IMG/VR virus record: IMGVR_UViG_3300044699_000169 | Direction: 5' to 3' (one strand) | Length of the DNA: 64,000 nucleotides | Source of the DNA: an uncultured virus (IMG/VR IMGVR_UViG_3300044699_000169) | Taxonomy: Duplodnaviria > Heunggongvirae > Uroviricota > Caudoviricetes | Part shown: piece by piece, positions 10,145 to 19,802 of the stretch | How the letters are laid out: every line of letters begins with the position of its first letter | Position numbering within the stretch: position 1 is the stretch's first letter | Position numbers and translations under genes: made by a program | The notes under the pieces: generated by a model | What the model was told of the DNA's origin: nothing | What the model saw: only the letters and a program-made list of their open reading frames with translations | The model's database searches: none

Positions 10145-10987
10145 TTAACAGTCCAGCGTCTTGATCCGCTGCGGAACCTTCCGCTCCCCATCTTCCTCGA
10201 GGTAGCCGATAAGCTCCTGGAGGGAATGGAACCTGACTTCATCGCCATTCCTAAGCGTACAGCCGACCGAGTCGGGTTCTGGATCCGCCAGCGGAACGAT
10301 GTTGTACTCCGAGCAGAGAGGGAAGATCATCTGGTACTCTTCGTCGCCGTCGTGGTAGACGCGCACGGCGCCGTCGGTCTGAAAGAGAACCGCGTTGTGG
10401 CCGTACTTTTTGCCGTAGGAGATGATGTTCCGGCTCCAACCTCCTGGAGCGCCGACGGCCTGGAAGGCAAATCCCCACACCGTGCTGTAGGGCGAGTTGT
10501 CCGGATCGAGGTTCGTTCTGCAGTCGGCGATCTTCTTCTCCTTCGCCCAGGTCGAGAGATGAAGGCCGTAGAGTTCCGCGCCCTTCTCGAACGTGTCGAA
10601 GATGTCCTTCGTGAAATGGATTCCCCAGGTACCCGCTGGCATCCTCTGGGGCCAGCGGAACGTGAGGTAGGGAGCGGATCCGAATGGATCCTGCTCGACC
10701 CACGCGATCCCCTTCTCCTTGTCCCGAAGCCACTTCTCGTAGGATGCCAACTGCTCTGAGGTGAGGGATCCTGGATCGTCGTCCTCATGAACCTTGACGC
10801 CCGTTTCCTCTGCCCAGTCCTTGAAAAAGGAAATTGGAAAATCGAAAGGATCCAGGTCGATCGACAGGTAGTCGAAGAGGTACTTCTGGACCTTCCGAAC
10901 CTTCTGGACTGGAGGCTTCTTCATCAGGGCATCATCCTTCGGTCGACGAACCCAAGAAGCTTCGTCGGCTGGGTGTGGAATCCGCAC
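10145..10987 (-). CDS. hypothetical protein
   Basis: 280-aa ORF; real start probably near 10925. Confidence 0.6.
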   Translation of the reverse strand: MRIPHPADEASWVRRPKDDALMKKPPVQKVRKVQKYLFDYLSIDLDPFDFPISFFKDWAEETGVKVHEDDDPGSLTSEQLASYEKWLRDKEKGIAWVEQDPFGSAPYLTFRWPQRMPAGTWGIHFTKDIFDTFEKGAELYGLHLSTWAKEKKIADCRTNLDPDNSPYSTVWGFAFQAVGAPGGWSRNIISYGKKYGHNAVLFQTDGAVRVYHDGDEEYQMIFPLCSEYNIVPLADPEPDSVGCTLRNGDEVRFHSLQELIGYLEEDGERKVPQRIKTLDC

Positions 10988-11292
10988 TGCTCGGTGTCGT
11001 TCACCTTCCAGCTGTGAAGGACGCTTGGAGAGATGTTGCCCTTGGAATCTATGTCATGTCCCTTCGGTTCGCCGGCACCGCGACGACGGTAGAGCGTCAT
11101 GGCGTTTCCGCAGTCCGGGCAGCAGGCGTAGATCATGAGCCAGCGACATTTCTCGGCAACGCCGGCGGCGACGTATTCTGCCGTCCGGTCAACCCAGGCC
11201 CACTCTCCACGCTCGAGTTCGAAGGCATCCTTGATCAGGCCGTCGACGGCCTTGGCGGCGAGCTTGAACTCATACGCCCCGCTTTTTGGCAT
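10924..11292 (-). CDS. DUF6527-like Zn-binding protein
   Basis: CPDCG..ISPSV..CGFH pattern. Confidence 0.55.
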   Translation of the reverse strand: MPKSGAYEFKLAAKAVDGLIKDAFELERGEWAWVDRTAEYVAAGVAEKCRWLMIYACCPDCGNAMTLYRRRGAGEPKGHDIDSKGNISPSVLHSWKVNDTEQCGFHTQPTKLLGFVDRRMMP

Positions 11293-11464
11293 GAACTACC
11301 TCGGCGGGATGCAGAAGGTGACGAGACGCGTTCCCCTGGGCCGGTGCTTCTTCCGCCACGCCTCCGCACGGGCCTTCGTCTTGGCGGAAGAGGTCTTGAT
11401 CTCGAAGGACTTGATCACGCCTTCTCGCCTGTTGAAGACAGACCAGTAGCAGTCCTTCACGACC

Positions 11465-11737
11465 TCACCATCCCATCCCGCGCGGCAGGAGAACGACGTC
11501 GCCGACGAGGTCCAGGCCCGTCATCTGGCTGGCCGTCGGGTTCGGAGGAAGTCCCATCGGATGACCGTCCTCATTCGCGATCAGGACCATGCTCTTGGGC
11601 AGCTTGACGCGCTCCACGTAGCCGCCCACCATGTCCTGGAGCTCCTTGAGCTCGAATCTCGTTCCCTTCGACGGAAGCACTGGGATGATCGTCCCGTCCA
11701 CCTTGATCCACTGACCGACCTTCGCGGGCTTTACCAT
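11465..11737 (-). CDS. DUF3846 family protein
   Basis: LKELQDMVGGYVE..NEDG..LPPN..LVGDVVL signature. Confidence 0.8.
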   Translation of the reverse strand: MVKPAKVGQWIKVDGTIIPVLPSKGTRFELKELQDMVGGYVERVKLPKSMVLIANEDGHPMGLPPNPTASQMTGLDLVGDVVLLPRGMGW

Positions 11738-11738
11738 G

Positions 11739-12005
11739 TCAACCCTTTCGTATCCGCTTTGTCGTTCCGTTGGGGTCGATGAATTTTACGATATCGACGA
11801 ATATTTGACCCTGAAAAGACGACACGCTGTCCGGGCCAACGATGCGGGCGGCCTTCTCGGCAAAGGTCTGTTTGTCCTGGACAGACTTGAAGCCGTGGAA
11901 ATGCGCTGATCGGTCGGACGTCGAAACGTCCTCGGCATCGAACTGCTCGGCCAGTTCCCGAAGCAGCCGGTATTCCGCACTCACGACCGGCCTCTTCTTT
12001 CGCAT
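11739..12005 (-). CDS. hypothetical protein
   Basis: Probable start MRKKRP; abuts DUF3846 gene. Confidence 0.5.
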   Translation of the reverse strand: MRKKRPVVSAEYRLLRELAEQFDAEDVSTSDRSAHFHGFKSVQDKQTFAEKAARIVGPDSVSSFQGQIFVDIVKFIDPNGTTKRIRKG

Positions 12006-12178
12006 CGAAGCCCTTTGATACTTCACCGACGTCGCTTCCCGGCACGTTAGGCCGGACAACGCCGGGGAGGATTCTCCAATGATTGTACCTGGATCTGGAC
12101 AACCCTTCACTAGCTTCTGGTGACGTAGAAGATGTGCTCAATGCCGTACTGGGTCGCGATCCTAAAGCCTGGACTCGC

Positions 12179-15100
12179 TCATTGTGCGACCAGCTGCTTC
12201 AGGAAATCGAGCTGCCCGGAAGTCTCGGCATTGTAGAGCAGGGTCGGTTTTTCAGTCGCCGCCCATCGCTCGGATGCCCACCTTGAAAAGAACTCCCAGT
12301 CGTGAGCGTATCCGGCCTGGATCCGATCCTTCCACCAGCCGTACTTCCGGATAAGCGACTTCTTGTGGAGGACGCAGGATGTGTCGATCGAACCGCGCTT
12401 GGGCCCTTGGAAAATGAGATCCTTCCCGAGCGTCCGCATCGACGAGAAGGCATAGGCCGAATCGGTCGAGCGGAGCGCCGCATAGAGGCTCGAGATATGG
12501 TCCGGAGCCCACTCGTTGTCATCGTCCAGGTAGGCGATGAGTTCTGCGGAGGCGAACATGATCCCGTAGTTCCTGGGGACGGCTCCGCCGGCGCCGTGGT
12601 TCTTGGGGAGATTGATCCATCGAACGGCCGGGTTTTCGATCTTGAGGGATGGGCAGGCATCCCCGATTACGACGACCTCAAGATTCGGGTAGTCCTGGGC
12701 AAAGGCGGAAGCGATCGCCTTCTCGAGCAGTTCCTTCCGGTCGTAAGTCGCGATCACGGTCGAAACGAGCGGGCCGCAATGGATCTTGGCGATCCGATCG
12801 TCGTCCATGTGATCGTAGTCCAGGATCGGCCACTCCTGCGTCCAGCGGGCCTTGTACGAGGGGTCCGTAAAGTACGGCTCCTCTTTCATGAGCCTCTCGT
12901 AGAGACCGGAGGATTTTCCACGGCGCTCCTGGTCGTGCAGCGAGATGACGTGCTCGATCAGGGCATTCTTCACCATGGCCTGCCGCTTGGAGCCGATCAC
13001 CTTCTCGTGAACCTTGAAGACCCAGAGGATCTGAGGCAACGCCCGGAAGGCAAATGCCTTCGGAACGAAGGCTTTCCTTGCACCGTCTGGATAGACGGCA
13101 TCGAGCGGAGCAAGAAGGATATCCGCCGAGGTCTTCGAAAGAAGGGCCTCGAGATGTTCGATGGCATGAGCGTCGAGCCTTTCGTCCGGATCCATCATGA
13201 TGATCCAGTCGGCGCCTTCCCTGAACCTTTGAAGCGCAAGGTTCCTGGCGTCGCAGAAGTTCTCAAACGGACCGCTCTCGATCCGAACTCCGATGTCTCT
13301 GGCGATCTCTCGCGTCCGGTCGGTCGATCCGGTGTCAAGAAGGCACCAATCCCGGGTCACCTTCTCGAACTGCCGGAAGAAGCCTTCAATGGGACCGGCC
13401 TCGTCTTTGGCGATCGCGACCACGCGGATCCGGGGATGAAGCGTCTGGTATTTCAGGCGGTTCTCAGCGATCACCGCGTTCGGATCCAATCCAAGGGCCT
13501 TGAACGTGCTGTGACGCTCGTGGTCGACCCAGGTGCCGCCCACAATACGGGACTTCCATCCGCGCCGGGCGGCTTTCAGACAGAGGTCGTCGTCCTCCCA
13601 GGTGAGGAGGCGCGTATCGAACCCTCCAAGATCGAAGAACTTCGACTTCTCCATCATGAGGCATAGGCCCGTCACCATGTCGGGCCAAGTATCTCCCGAT
13701 GGCGTCTGCTCCCGGGGGATATCTCCCTGAGGAGGTTTGGCTCGGTTGCAGTAAGGAGCGACGATCGGCGAATCGTCTCCAACGGCCTCGATCAGCTTGA
13801 ACGGCGTCTGGTCCACGAACGCCGCGTCGTCGTTCAGGAAGCAGACGAGTTCCCGGGTGGCCTCCGTGGCGCCCAGGTTCGCGCCAGCGGCGAATCCGAG
13901 ATTCTTCTCGAGGAGGACCACCTGATCGGACAGCTCCTGGAGCTTTGGATCCGGCTCGACGCCGTTGGCAACGAGAATGATCTCCGATCCCGGGGACCAT
14001 GCCCGGACCGATTCCAGACAGCGGACGATCGCTGGATGCTGGGTGGCCTGCAGGATCACGTAGCTCACGTCGGTGGCTCCGCGCTGGCGCTGGGTTCCTT
14101 TCTGGGTGGTCTGCTTCGGATCGTACTTGTAGTGATAGAGAACCTTCTTGACCCTGGTCTGCTGCACGACGTCTTTTGAAGCCCGGACGGCCCATTCGAA
14201 ATCCTCGTCGATCGCGGAACGATCTTTCCGGTAGAGGTGTCGCCTCGAGATCTCCGTCCGGTATGCCATGACGTGATTGGGAAGCCGGTAGTAGGCATCC
14301 GCGGCGTTCTGGTCCTTGTACTCGATCCCGTATTTGCAGATCTTTGGCTCCGGGTCGTATCCGTGGACCATGACGTCGAAGACGACGCAATGGGCATCCG
14401 GATTGAACCGGATCGCCTGCAGCAGCGCGTCCACGTAGTCCGGGTCCACCTCGTCGTCGTCATCCACGAAGGCGATGAATTTTCCCTTGGCCGCGGCGAT
14501 CATGGAGTTGCGCTTCTCGGAGAGGTTCCTGGCCTTGTTGTCCAGGAAGCAGGAGATCTCGACGGGCTTCCCCTCGGCCTGAGAAAAAAGATCATCGAGG
14601 ACCGAGACGAGCGACGTCTTCATCCGGGACGGGATCGCCGGGACCGCCACGGTGAGAAGAATCTCACCGCCGCCGGACTTTGGAGCCAGACGCTTTTTGT
14701 TGAACGCGTCGAACTCCCTGAAGTAGTGGTTCCGCCCGAGCGCCAGATGGTCCTGGATCGACTTGTTCCGAGTGAACGTGGTGTTCCCCCAGTTGTCCTT
14801 GATCCGGTAAAGGTAGAGCATCCGGTCCAGGTGAAGACATTTGGACTGGAGGAAGAACCTGGCGTAGAGATCCCAGTCGTCGGCAACGGGAAGGTTCGGA
14901 TTGTAGCCGCCAAGCTCCCGGAACGTGGAGGCGCGGAAGGCCCGGACGTGATTGGGTCCGACGGTCAGGAAGTAGCCGAACTGATCCCAGTAGTTGGGCC
15001 CAAAGCGATCATAAATATTCGGGTTCAGGCACTCGAGCCACTTCTTCCCGCGATACTCCGTATCCCGATAGCGGTTCTTCCAGAAGTCGTCGTTGAATCT

Positions 15101-15781
15101 CTGGAAGCCTCCGCTTTCTAGAAAGTTCGAAGAGTTGGAGTAGATGAATCCGACGTCAGGATTCCCCTGGAAGGCTTTCACGAGCTCGGCGATCGCGGTA
15201 TCGACCAGGATGTCGTCGTGATCGAGCTCGACCAGATACTCTCCTCTCGACAGACGCGTCGCCTGATCCTTCACCGCGCCGATCTTCCCGATCGGGACTG
15301 CGCTCCGATATGGCCGGATCCGGGGATCCTCCTCGCTCGCCGAGGACAGCCTTTTCCAGGTCTCGTCGGTAGAAGCGTCGTCGATGACCACCCATTCCCA
15401 GTTCGTGTAGGTCTGATCGAGCAGCGACTGGTAGGCTTCCCGGAGATGATCGCCGGTGTTCTTCGTGCCCGTATAGACCGAGACGAGAGGGTTGTACTTC
15501 TGGTTCTCGGAGACCCCCCAGATGTTGAAGGAGTAGCACCCCTCCACCTGGCTTGAGACGTCCTCGCTCTTAGCTTTCGGATCGACGTGAATCCAGCGCT
15601 TCCTCCATTCGAAGGCGAAGTTGTTGAGAACTCCAGGGATGAAGCTCGAGGTCACGATCACGTCCGGACGGAAGGTGGCGATCGCCCCGACAAGGCCGGA
15701 GGCGCCGTCAAGATGCTTCACCTCATAGGGAAGCTTGAAGGGATGCCCTACGGTGAGGACTTTTATCCCGGCGGTCGGCAT
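12179..15781 (-). CDS. multi-domain GT2 glycosyltransferase (about five GT-A domains)
   Basis: Repeated GT2 motifs: VSVY..IDDASTD..LDHDD; FVDDDD; FLNDD..GGFD; DTGSTD..MDPDE; VSTVIATY..YLDDD. Confidence 0.9.
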   Translation of the reverse strand: MPTAGIKVLTVGHPFKLPYEVKHLDGASGLVGAIATFRPDVIVTSSFIPGVLNNFAFEWRKRWIHVDPKAKSEDVSSQVEGCYSFNIWGVSENQKYNPLVSVYTGTKNTGDHLREAYQSLLDQTYTNWEWVVIDDASTDETWKRLSSASEEDPRIRPYRSAVPIGKIGAVKDQATRLSRGEYLVELDHDDILVDTAIAELVKAFQGNPDVGFIYSNSSNFLESGGFQRFNDDFWKNRYRDTEYRGKKWLECLNPNIYDRFGPNYWDQFGYFLTVGPNHVRAFRASTFRELGGYNPNLPVADDWDLYARFFLQSKCLHLDRMLYLYRIKDNWGNTTFTRNKSIQDHLALGRNHYFREFDAFNKKRLAPKSGGGEILLTVAVPAIPSRMKTSLVSVLDDLFSQAEGKPVEISCFLDNKARNLSEKRNSMIAAAKGKFIAFVDDDDEVDPDYVDALLQAIRFNPDAHCVVFDVMVHGYDPEPKICKYGIEYKDQNAADAYYRLPNHVMAYRTEISRRHLYRKDRSAIDEDFEWAVRASKDVVQQTRVKKVLYHYKYDPKQTTQKGTQRQRGATDVSYVILQATQHPAIVRCLESVRAWSPGSEIILVANGVEPDPKLQELSDQVVLLEKNLGFAAGANLGATEATRELVCFLNDDAAFVDQTPFKLIEAVGDDSPIVAPYCNRAKPPQGDIPREQTPSGDTWPDMVTGLCLMMEKSKFFDLGGFDTRLLTWEDDDLCLKAARRGWKSRIVGGTWVDHERHSTFKALGLDPNAVIAENRLKYQTLHPRIRVVAIAKDEAGPIEGFFRQFEKVTRDWCLLDTGSTDRTREIARDIGVRIESGPFENFCDARNLALQRFREGADWIIMMDPDERLDAHAIEHLEALLSKTSADILLAPLDAVYPDGARKAFVPKAFAFRALPQILWVFKVHEKVIGSKRQAMVKNALIEHVISLHDQERRGKSSGLYERLMKEEPYFTDPSYKARWTQEWPILDYDHMDDDRIAKIHCGPLVSTVIATYDRKELLEKAIASAFAQDYPNLEVVVIGDACPSLKIENPAVRWINLPKNHGAGGAVPRNYGIMFASAELIAYLDDDNEWAPDHISSLYAALRSTDSAYAFSSMRTLGKDLIFQGPKRGSIDTSCVLHKKSLIRKYGWWKDRIQAGYAHDWEFFSRWASERWAATEKPTLLYNAETSGQLDFLKQLVAQ

Positions 15782-15876
15782 AGGTAGATGGGCGGATTAT
15801 ACGCCGTATACGCGGTATCCGCAAATGAATTCAGGGCGCGCCCGGTCCCTATGCGACCGGACGCGCCCCGGATAGG

Positions 15877-16776
15877 TCAGGACATCGCGGCCCATGCGGA
15901 ATAGCTGTCGATCGCCTGCCCGAGGAAAACTGACTGAGGGCTGGGCGACGGCGTGAACGCGGCTGAAATCAGGGCGTGCTCGGCTTCCATCTGCGCCTTG
16001 GTCATACCGAAGTAGGTCGTGTACGGCGGCTGGATGTCCTGGCATTCCGAGCCGCACAGAAGGCCGATGTTCCGGCCCACCTGGACAGCATAGTCGTACC
16101 ACGGCTGAAAGAGAGAGATCTGTCCGGGACCATCCGGAACGTTGTCCTGGGCGTGGTTCCGATAGGCCCCAACAACCACCTGGTCGAAGTTGTCCATCAG
16201 GAACTCCCCGTCCTGAGCCGTCTTCCCCTGGTAGGGGAAAGCCGGCCGCTGGCCGGAGTTGTCCTTGAGGAAGAAGGCCGCGAAGCAGCCGATCGGCAGA
16301 TCGAGCGTCTTGCGGATGTTCCGCCCAAGATCGCAGAGCTGCGGACATACGACGGACGCCTGGAGCTGCGGATCGGTCCAATACTCCACGTCCAGGTGGA
16401 ATCCGTCGAAGCGCTTCGTGATCGTGGGGGCGAGATCCTGGAACTTGAGCAGCGGGTAGATGATGTTCTTCTGGACCCACTGCTGATTTCCGCCCCAGTC
16501 GGTGTTGCCCGCGTAGGCGAAAACCTTGATCCCGGACAGGTGCATGTAATGGAGCGCGGTCTGCATCCGCGCAAGCTTCGTCGCGTTCCAGTTTGCCCCA
16601 CCTAGATACGAGTAGATGTCCTGGAAGACGAGGTTTGCGCCATTGGCCGAAAGAAAATTGAGAACGGCCTGGAGCTTCTGGTCGGTGCTGATGTTGTCGG
16701 GATTCAGATAGTCGTAGACGGCGCGAAGCACATTGTTGTTTTGTGGAACAGGCGGATTAACTGGGGTTACTGCCAT
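15877..16776 (-). CDS. putative TIM-barrel glycoside hydrolase-like protein
   Basis: FDGFHLDVE resembles the GH18-type DxxDxDxE strand; GAGGAGG RBS. Confidence 0.45.
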   Translation of the reverse strand: MAVTPVNPPVPQNNNVLRAVYDYLNPDNISTDQKLQAVLNFLSANGANLVFQDIYSYLGGANWNATKLARMQTALHYMHLSGIKVFAYAGNTDWGGNQQWVQKNIIYPLLKFQDLAPTITKRFDGFHLDVEYWTDPQLQASVVCPQLCDLGRNIRKTLDLPIGCFAAFFLKDNSGQRPAFPYQGKTAQDGEFLMDNFDQVVVGAYRNHAQDNVPDGPGQISLFQPWYDYAVQVGRNIGLLCGSECQDIQPPYTTYFGMTKAQMEAEHALISAAFTPSPSPQSVFLGQAIDSYSAWAAMS

Positions 16777-16836
16777 TGGAGAACCCTCCTCTCTTTGGAA
16801 ATTAGCTTTCGGAAGAATTCTAGCATAAGCACGAGA

Positions 16837-17814
16837 CTAATACTGGATCCACGAAAAGCCGGCGAACATCGTGGATGCCGTGACGACATCAGGTCGTTCG
16901 TTCAGAAATACGATCGCCGGACCTTCGACGAGGATCGGCACGGAGTACGCTCGCTGAAGATGGACCGTTCCGTGCCGGGTGGTGACATCGAGCGCTCGCT
17001 GAGGAAGAAGCGCGTTCACCGGGTTGATCGAGTTGAGCGTCATGCCGCCGGCGGCGACCGAAGCCGCCCCGTCGATGGCCAGGATGTTCGCCTTCTTTCC
17101 AAGCGGCACGTAGTGGTGGGCCCAGTAGGTCTGGTTGTCGCCGATGGCGATCGACCCTATGATGGTTCCGGCACCAGCGAGACCGGTTCGGAGCTCGATG
17201 GTGCCAAGATTCCCGCCGTTGGACCCGACTTCTACAACCTCCATCTTTTCGATGAGCGCGATGTTCGTGGCCACGGTGTTGACGCCGGTAGTTCCATTGA
17301 GCGTCACGGTCTCTTCAAAAGGCCCGTTCCCCGTGGCGTCGAAGTACGTGAGCTTTACTTTCCTGGCACCCGTGCCGGCAGCCGCATCGTTCACGTTCGT
17401 GCTTCTAAAGCTCCGTTGTGCGTTGTTCCCGGGCGGCGTGTATACGGTCGCGCGCACGGTCACGCTCGTGACCGCGGAAGTCCCGATGTAGCCGAACGAG
17501 CGACCGGAATTCTGACTGCTCAAGACCGATTGGCTAACTTCTGGCAATAAAGCCAGCGCGATGGCCTCGCCGGCATTCGTCACTGCCGTCGCTTGAGCTT
17601 GATAGTTGGTCGTGAAATCCGTGATGTCCGCAGGGTCAATTAGGAGGGCGCCCAGAGCCAGGTTCTGCGAAACAGCGTAGACCTGATAGGTCCCGTCCCC
17701 TTTTAGGGTGTATCCCATCCTGAAGGGTTTGACTGCAAACTGAGCCTTCAGGAAGGTCCAGCTTACCCACAGAACGTCATCTGCATTAAGGCTCATCAGT
17801 AAAGCTCCCGCCAA
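16837..17814 (-). CDS. putative virion structural protein
   Basis: Gly/Thr/Ala-rich beta-type composition among fibre-like genes. Confidence 0.55.
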   Translation of the reverse strand: MAGALLMSLNADDVLWVSWTFLKAQFAVKPFRMGYTLKGDGTYQVYAVSQNLALGALLIDPADITDFTTNYQAQATAVTNAGEAIALALLPEVSQSVLSSQNSGRSFGYIGTSAVTSVTVRATVYTPPGNNAQRSFRSTNVNDAAAGTGARKVKLTYFDATGNGPFEETVTLNGTTGVNTVATNIALIEKMEVVEVGSNGGNLGTIELRTGLAGAGTIIGSIAIGDNQTYWAHHYVPLGKKANILAIDGAASVAAGGMTLNSINPVNALLPQRALDVTTRHGTVHLQRAYSVPILVEGPAIVFLNERPDVVTASTMFAGFSWIQY

Positions 17815-17934
17815 TGCATGGCGCCGTATCCACTAAGATTGGCAAACGGGGTAATAACCATCGTCATCAGCTCAGGCGTGCCCGCAATATCAGAAGACAC
17901 CAGGCGCTTAGATTCGACGACCTCTGACGCGGCT

Positions 17935-19125
17935 CTAGGCTTGGCTGCTGAGAAATACCGCAGCAATCCTTACTCCTCCGGTCAGCGTAGCTCGTCCTGT
18001 TTCCATCTCCACCGCATCAGATACGCTCGTCACGACCGGAGTTCCGCCGGACAGCGTTCCGCCTCTATACAGTTCAAGCAGGGCACTCTGCCCTTGATCT
18101 GAAAGAAACTCGTATTGAGTCGCCTCGAAAGCGGCACGGTTGTAAGCTGTCTTCAGACGGATCGACATTACCGGCGTCGGCGTGCCGTTAGTAAAACTGC
18201 GTGACGGAAAAGTGGGCGGCAGCGCCGTGCTCGCCGCCCTTGTGATCCCTATCTGATCAAATCCCCCTTCCGCGAACACTGCAGCGCAGATCTGGAGCAT
18301 GTCCGTCGGCGACGCGGATACCGCCGTGTTCTCGATTTCCCACCTAACCGGGAGCATCGGCATCGTCGTCCAGACGGTCGTGAGCACGTTAGCCGAAAGG
18401 AACTCGTGGCAGTATACGATCCTCCCGCCGATCAGGAATCCCATGCGGACGCGGCCGGCGCCAAGCCATGCGAAGTCGATGACGAAGACCTGCACCTTCG
18501 TCATGTCGATCGTGATGCCGCTGGGATTATTCGGAGGTCCCGACCCGTCAAGCCGGTCGATGTTCCAGGCGGACTGGGCGACGGCGTTATCCACGGGAGC
18601 GCCGGACACAAAAGTCCGACGAACGACGCGTAGTGCGGAACCATTCTGCTCGAAAAACACCCCGTTGTTCGTATCGAAGTAGCCGATACGCTGACGCACG
18701 TTCGCCTTGATCGCCCCCATGAGGCCGGTCATGAAGATAAGCTGGCTCCGGCCTGGCTGATAGGGAACGTATGTCAGGCTCTGACGTACCACGCGGTCTC
18801 CAGAAGCCGTGGTCACGCTCAACCGCGTGGACGATTCATTCACAAGATACGTGGCCGTGCCTGCCCCGGTCAGTTGCGTGGCAAAGAAATTGGGAGCGTT
18901 GTCAAAGACCTGCTTCGCGTCCCAGAGGCCGAAGGGCTGTCCATTCCGGAACCGGTCGAACGCGTCGGTGACGTTCTCGGCGCCTTCGATGAACGAGGAG
19001 CCTTTGTAGTTCGTGAGGAAGGCCTGCGCGTTTCCGTCGGCTCGGCGACCGCCGATGACTCGCATGAACTTTCCGGTCAGCGGAGCGAACTGAGCGAAAA
19101 GACGCTCTACGAGGGTTGTTCCCAT
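17935..19125 (-). CDS. putative virion structural protein
   Basis: 396-aa ORF, YQPGRSQ..RIGYFD..WLGAGRVRMGF beta-rich pattern; C-terminus may be frameshifted. Confidence 0.6.
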   Translation of the reverse strand: MGTTLVERLFAQFAPLTGKFMRVIGGRRADGNAQAFLTNYKGSSFIEGAENVTDAFDRFRNGQPFGLWDAKQVFDNAPNFFATQLTGAGTATYLVNESSTRLSVTTASGDRVVRQSLTYVPYQPGRSQLIFMTGLMGAIKANVRQRIGYFDTNNGVFFEQNGSALRVVRRTFVSGAPVDNAVAQSAWNIDRLDGSGPPNNPSGITIDMTKVQVFVIDFAWLGAGRVRMGFLIGGRIVYCHEFLSANVLTTVWTTMPMLPVRWEIENTAVSASPTDMLQICAAVFAEGGFDQIGITRAASTALPPTFPSRSFTNGTPTPVMSIRLKTAYNRAAFEATQYEFLSDQGQSALLELYRGGTLSGGTPVVTSVSDAVEMETGRATLTGGVRIAAVFLSSQA

Positions 19126-19127
19126 AC

Positions 19128-19802
19128 CTAGCTTGCCTCCGCGAAAACATCTTCTCCGCCGGTTTCGGCAGAAGTCAATCTGATGGAAAGCCTATCTCCC
19201 GCGACGATCGAAACGGAGATTGCCACCGTCTTCAGAGCGAACGCCAGATCGGACGGCGTCCAGGAGAGGATCGCCCCTCCGATCGGCGCTCCATTGAGTT
19301 CAAGCTGAACAGTCGTCGTTCCTGAGCTTCCTGGGACGGCTCGACGACCGCTAAACGTCGTCAAGGTTTTTGCGCTCGATACAATCTCGCTCGCAGCGTT
19401 CAGGAATGGAATGTCAAAAGTGTCAAGTTCCTGACCTATCTCGAACTGGTAGACGGTTCCTTGTCCGCTGAAAGTCACCCAGACGGCGGCTCCGGCGGTA
19501 GGATCGACGAGAAAGTATACGACTCCGGTCGCGGTGTTTATCCACATCGAGCCGGTTGAGTAGAACAGTGTAGCGTCATCGTTTACCGTCGGCGGGACTA
19601 CGGCACTAACGTTGCTCTTAATGTTGACGTTGTGGGTGACGTTCGTGCTAAGGCCGTCGTCTTTCTTGTAGAAGACCTGCCCGGACGGAACGAAGACAAT
19701 GACGCTTCCGGAGAGACAGTCCACCGCGGTCAACCTTGGATCGGCATCGACCGTCAGAAGAAGTCTGTCGTCGCCAAGTTGTGTCGCGCCCGTGATCATC
19801 AA
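19128..19802 (-). CDS. tail-fibre-like protein
   Basis: PTVNDD..YSTGSMWINT..GAAVW motif typical of fibre proteins; coupled to collagen gene. Confidence 0.6.
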   Translation of the reverse strand: MMITGATQLGDDRLLLTVDADPRLTAVDCLSGSVIVFVPSGQVFYKKDDGLSTNVTHNVNIKSNVSAVVPPTVNDDATLFYSTGSMWINTATGVVYFLVDPTAGAAVWVTFSGQGTVYQFEIGQELDTFDIPFLNAASEIVSSAKTLTTFSGRRAVPGSSGTTTVQLELNGAPIGGAILSWTPSDLAFALKTVAISVSIVAGDRLSIRLTSAETGGEDVFAEAS

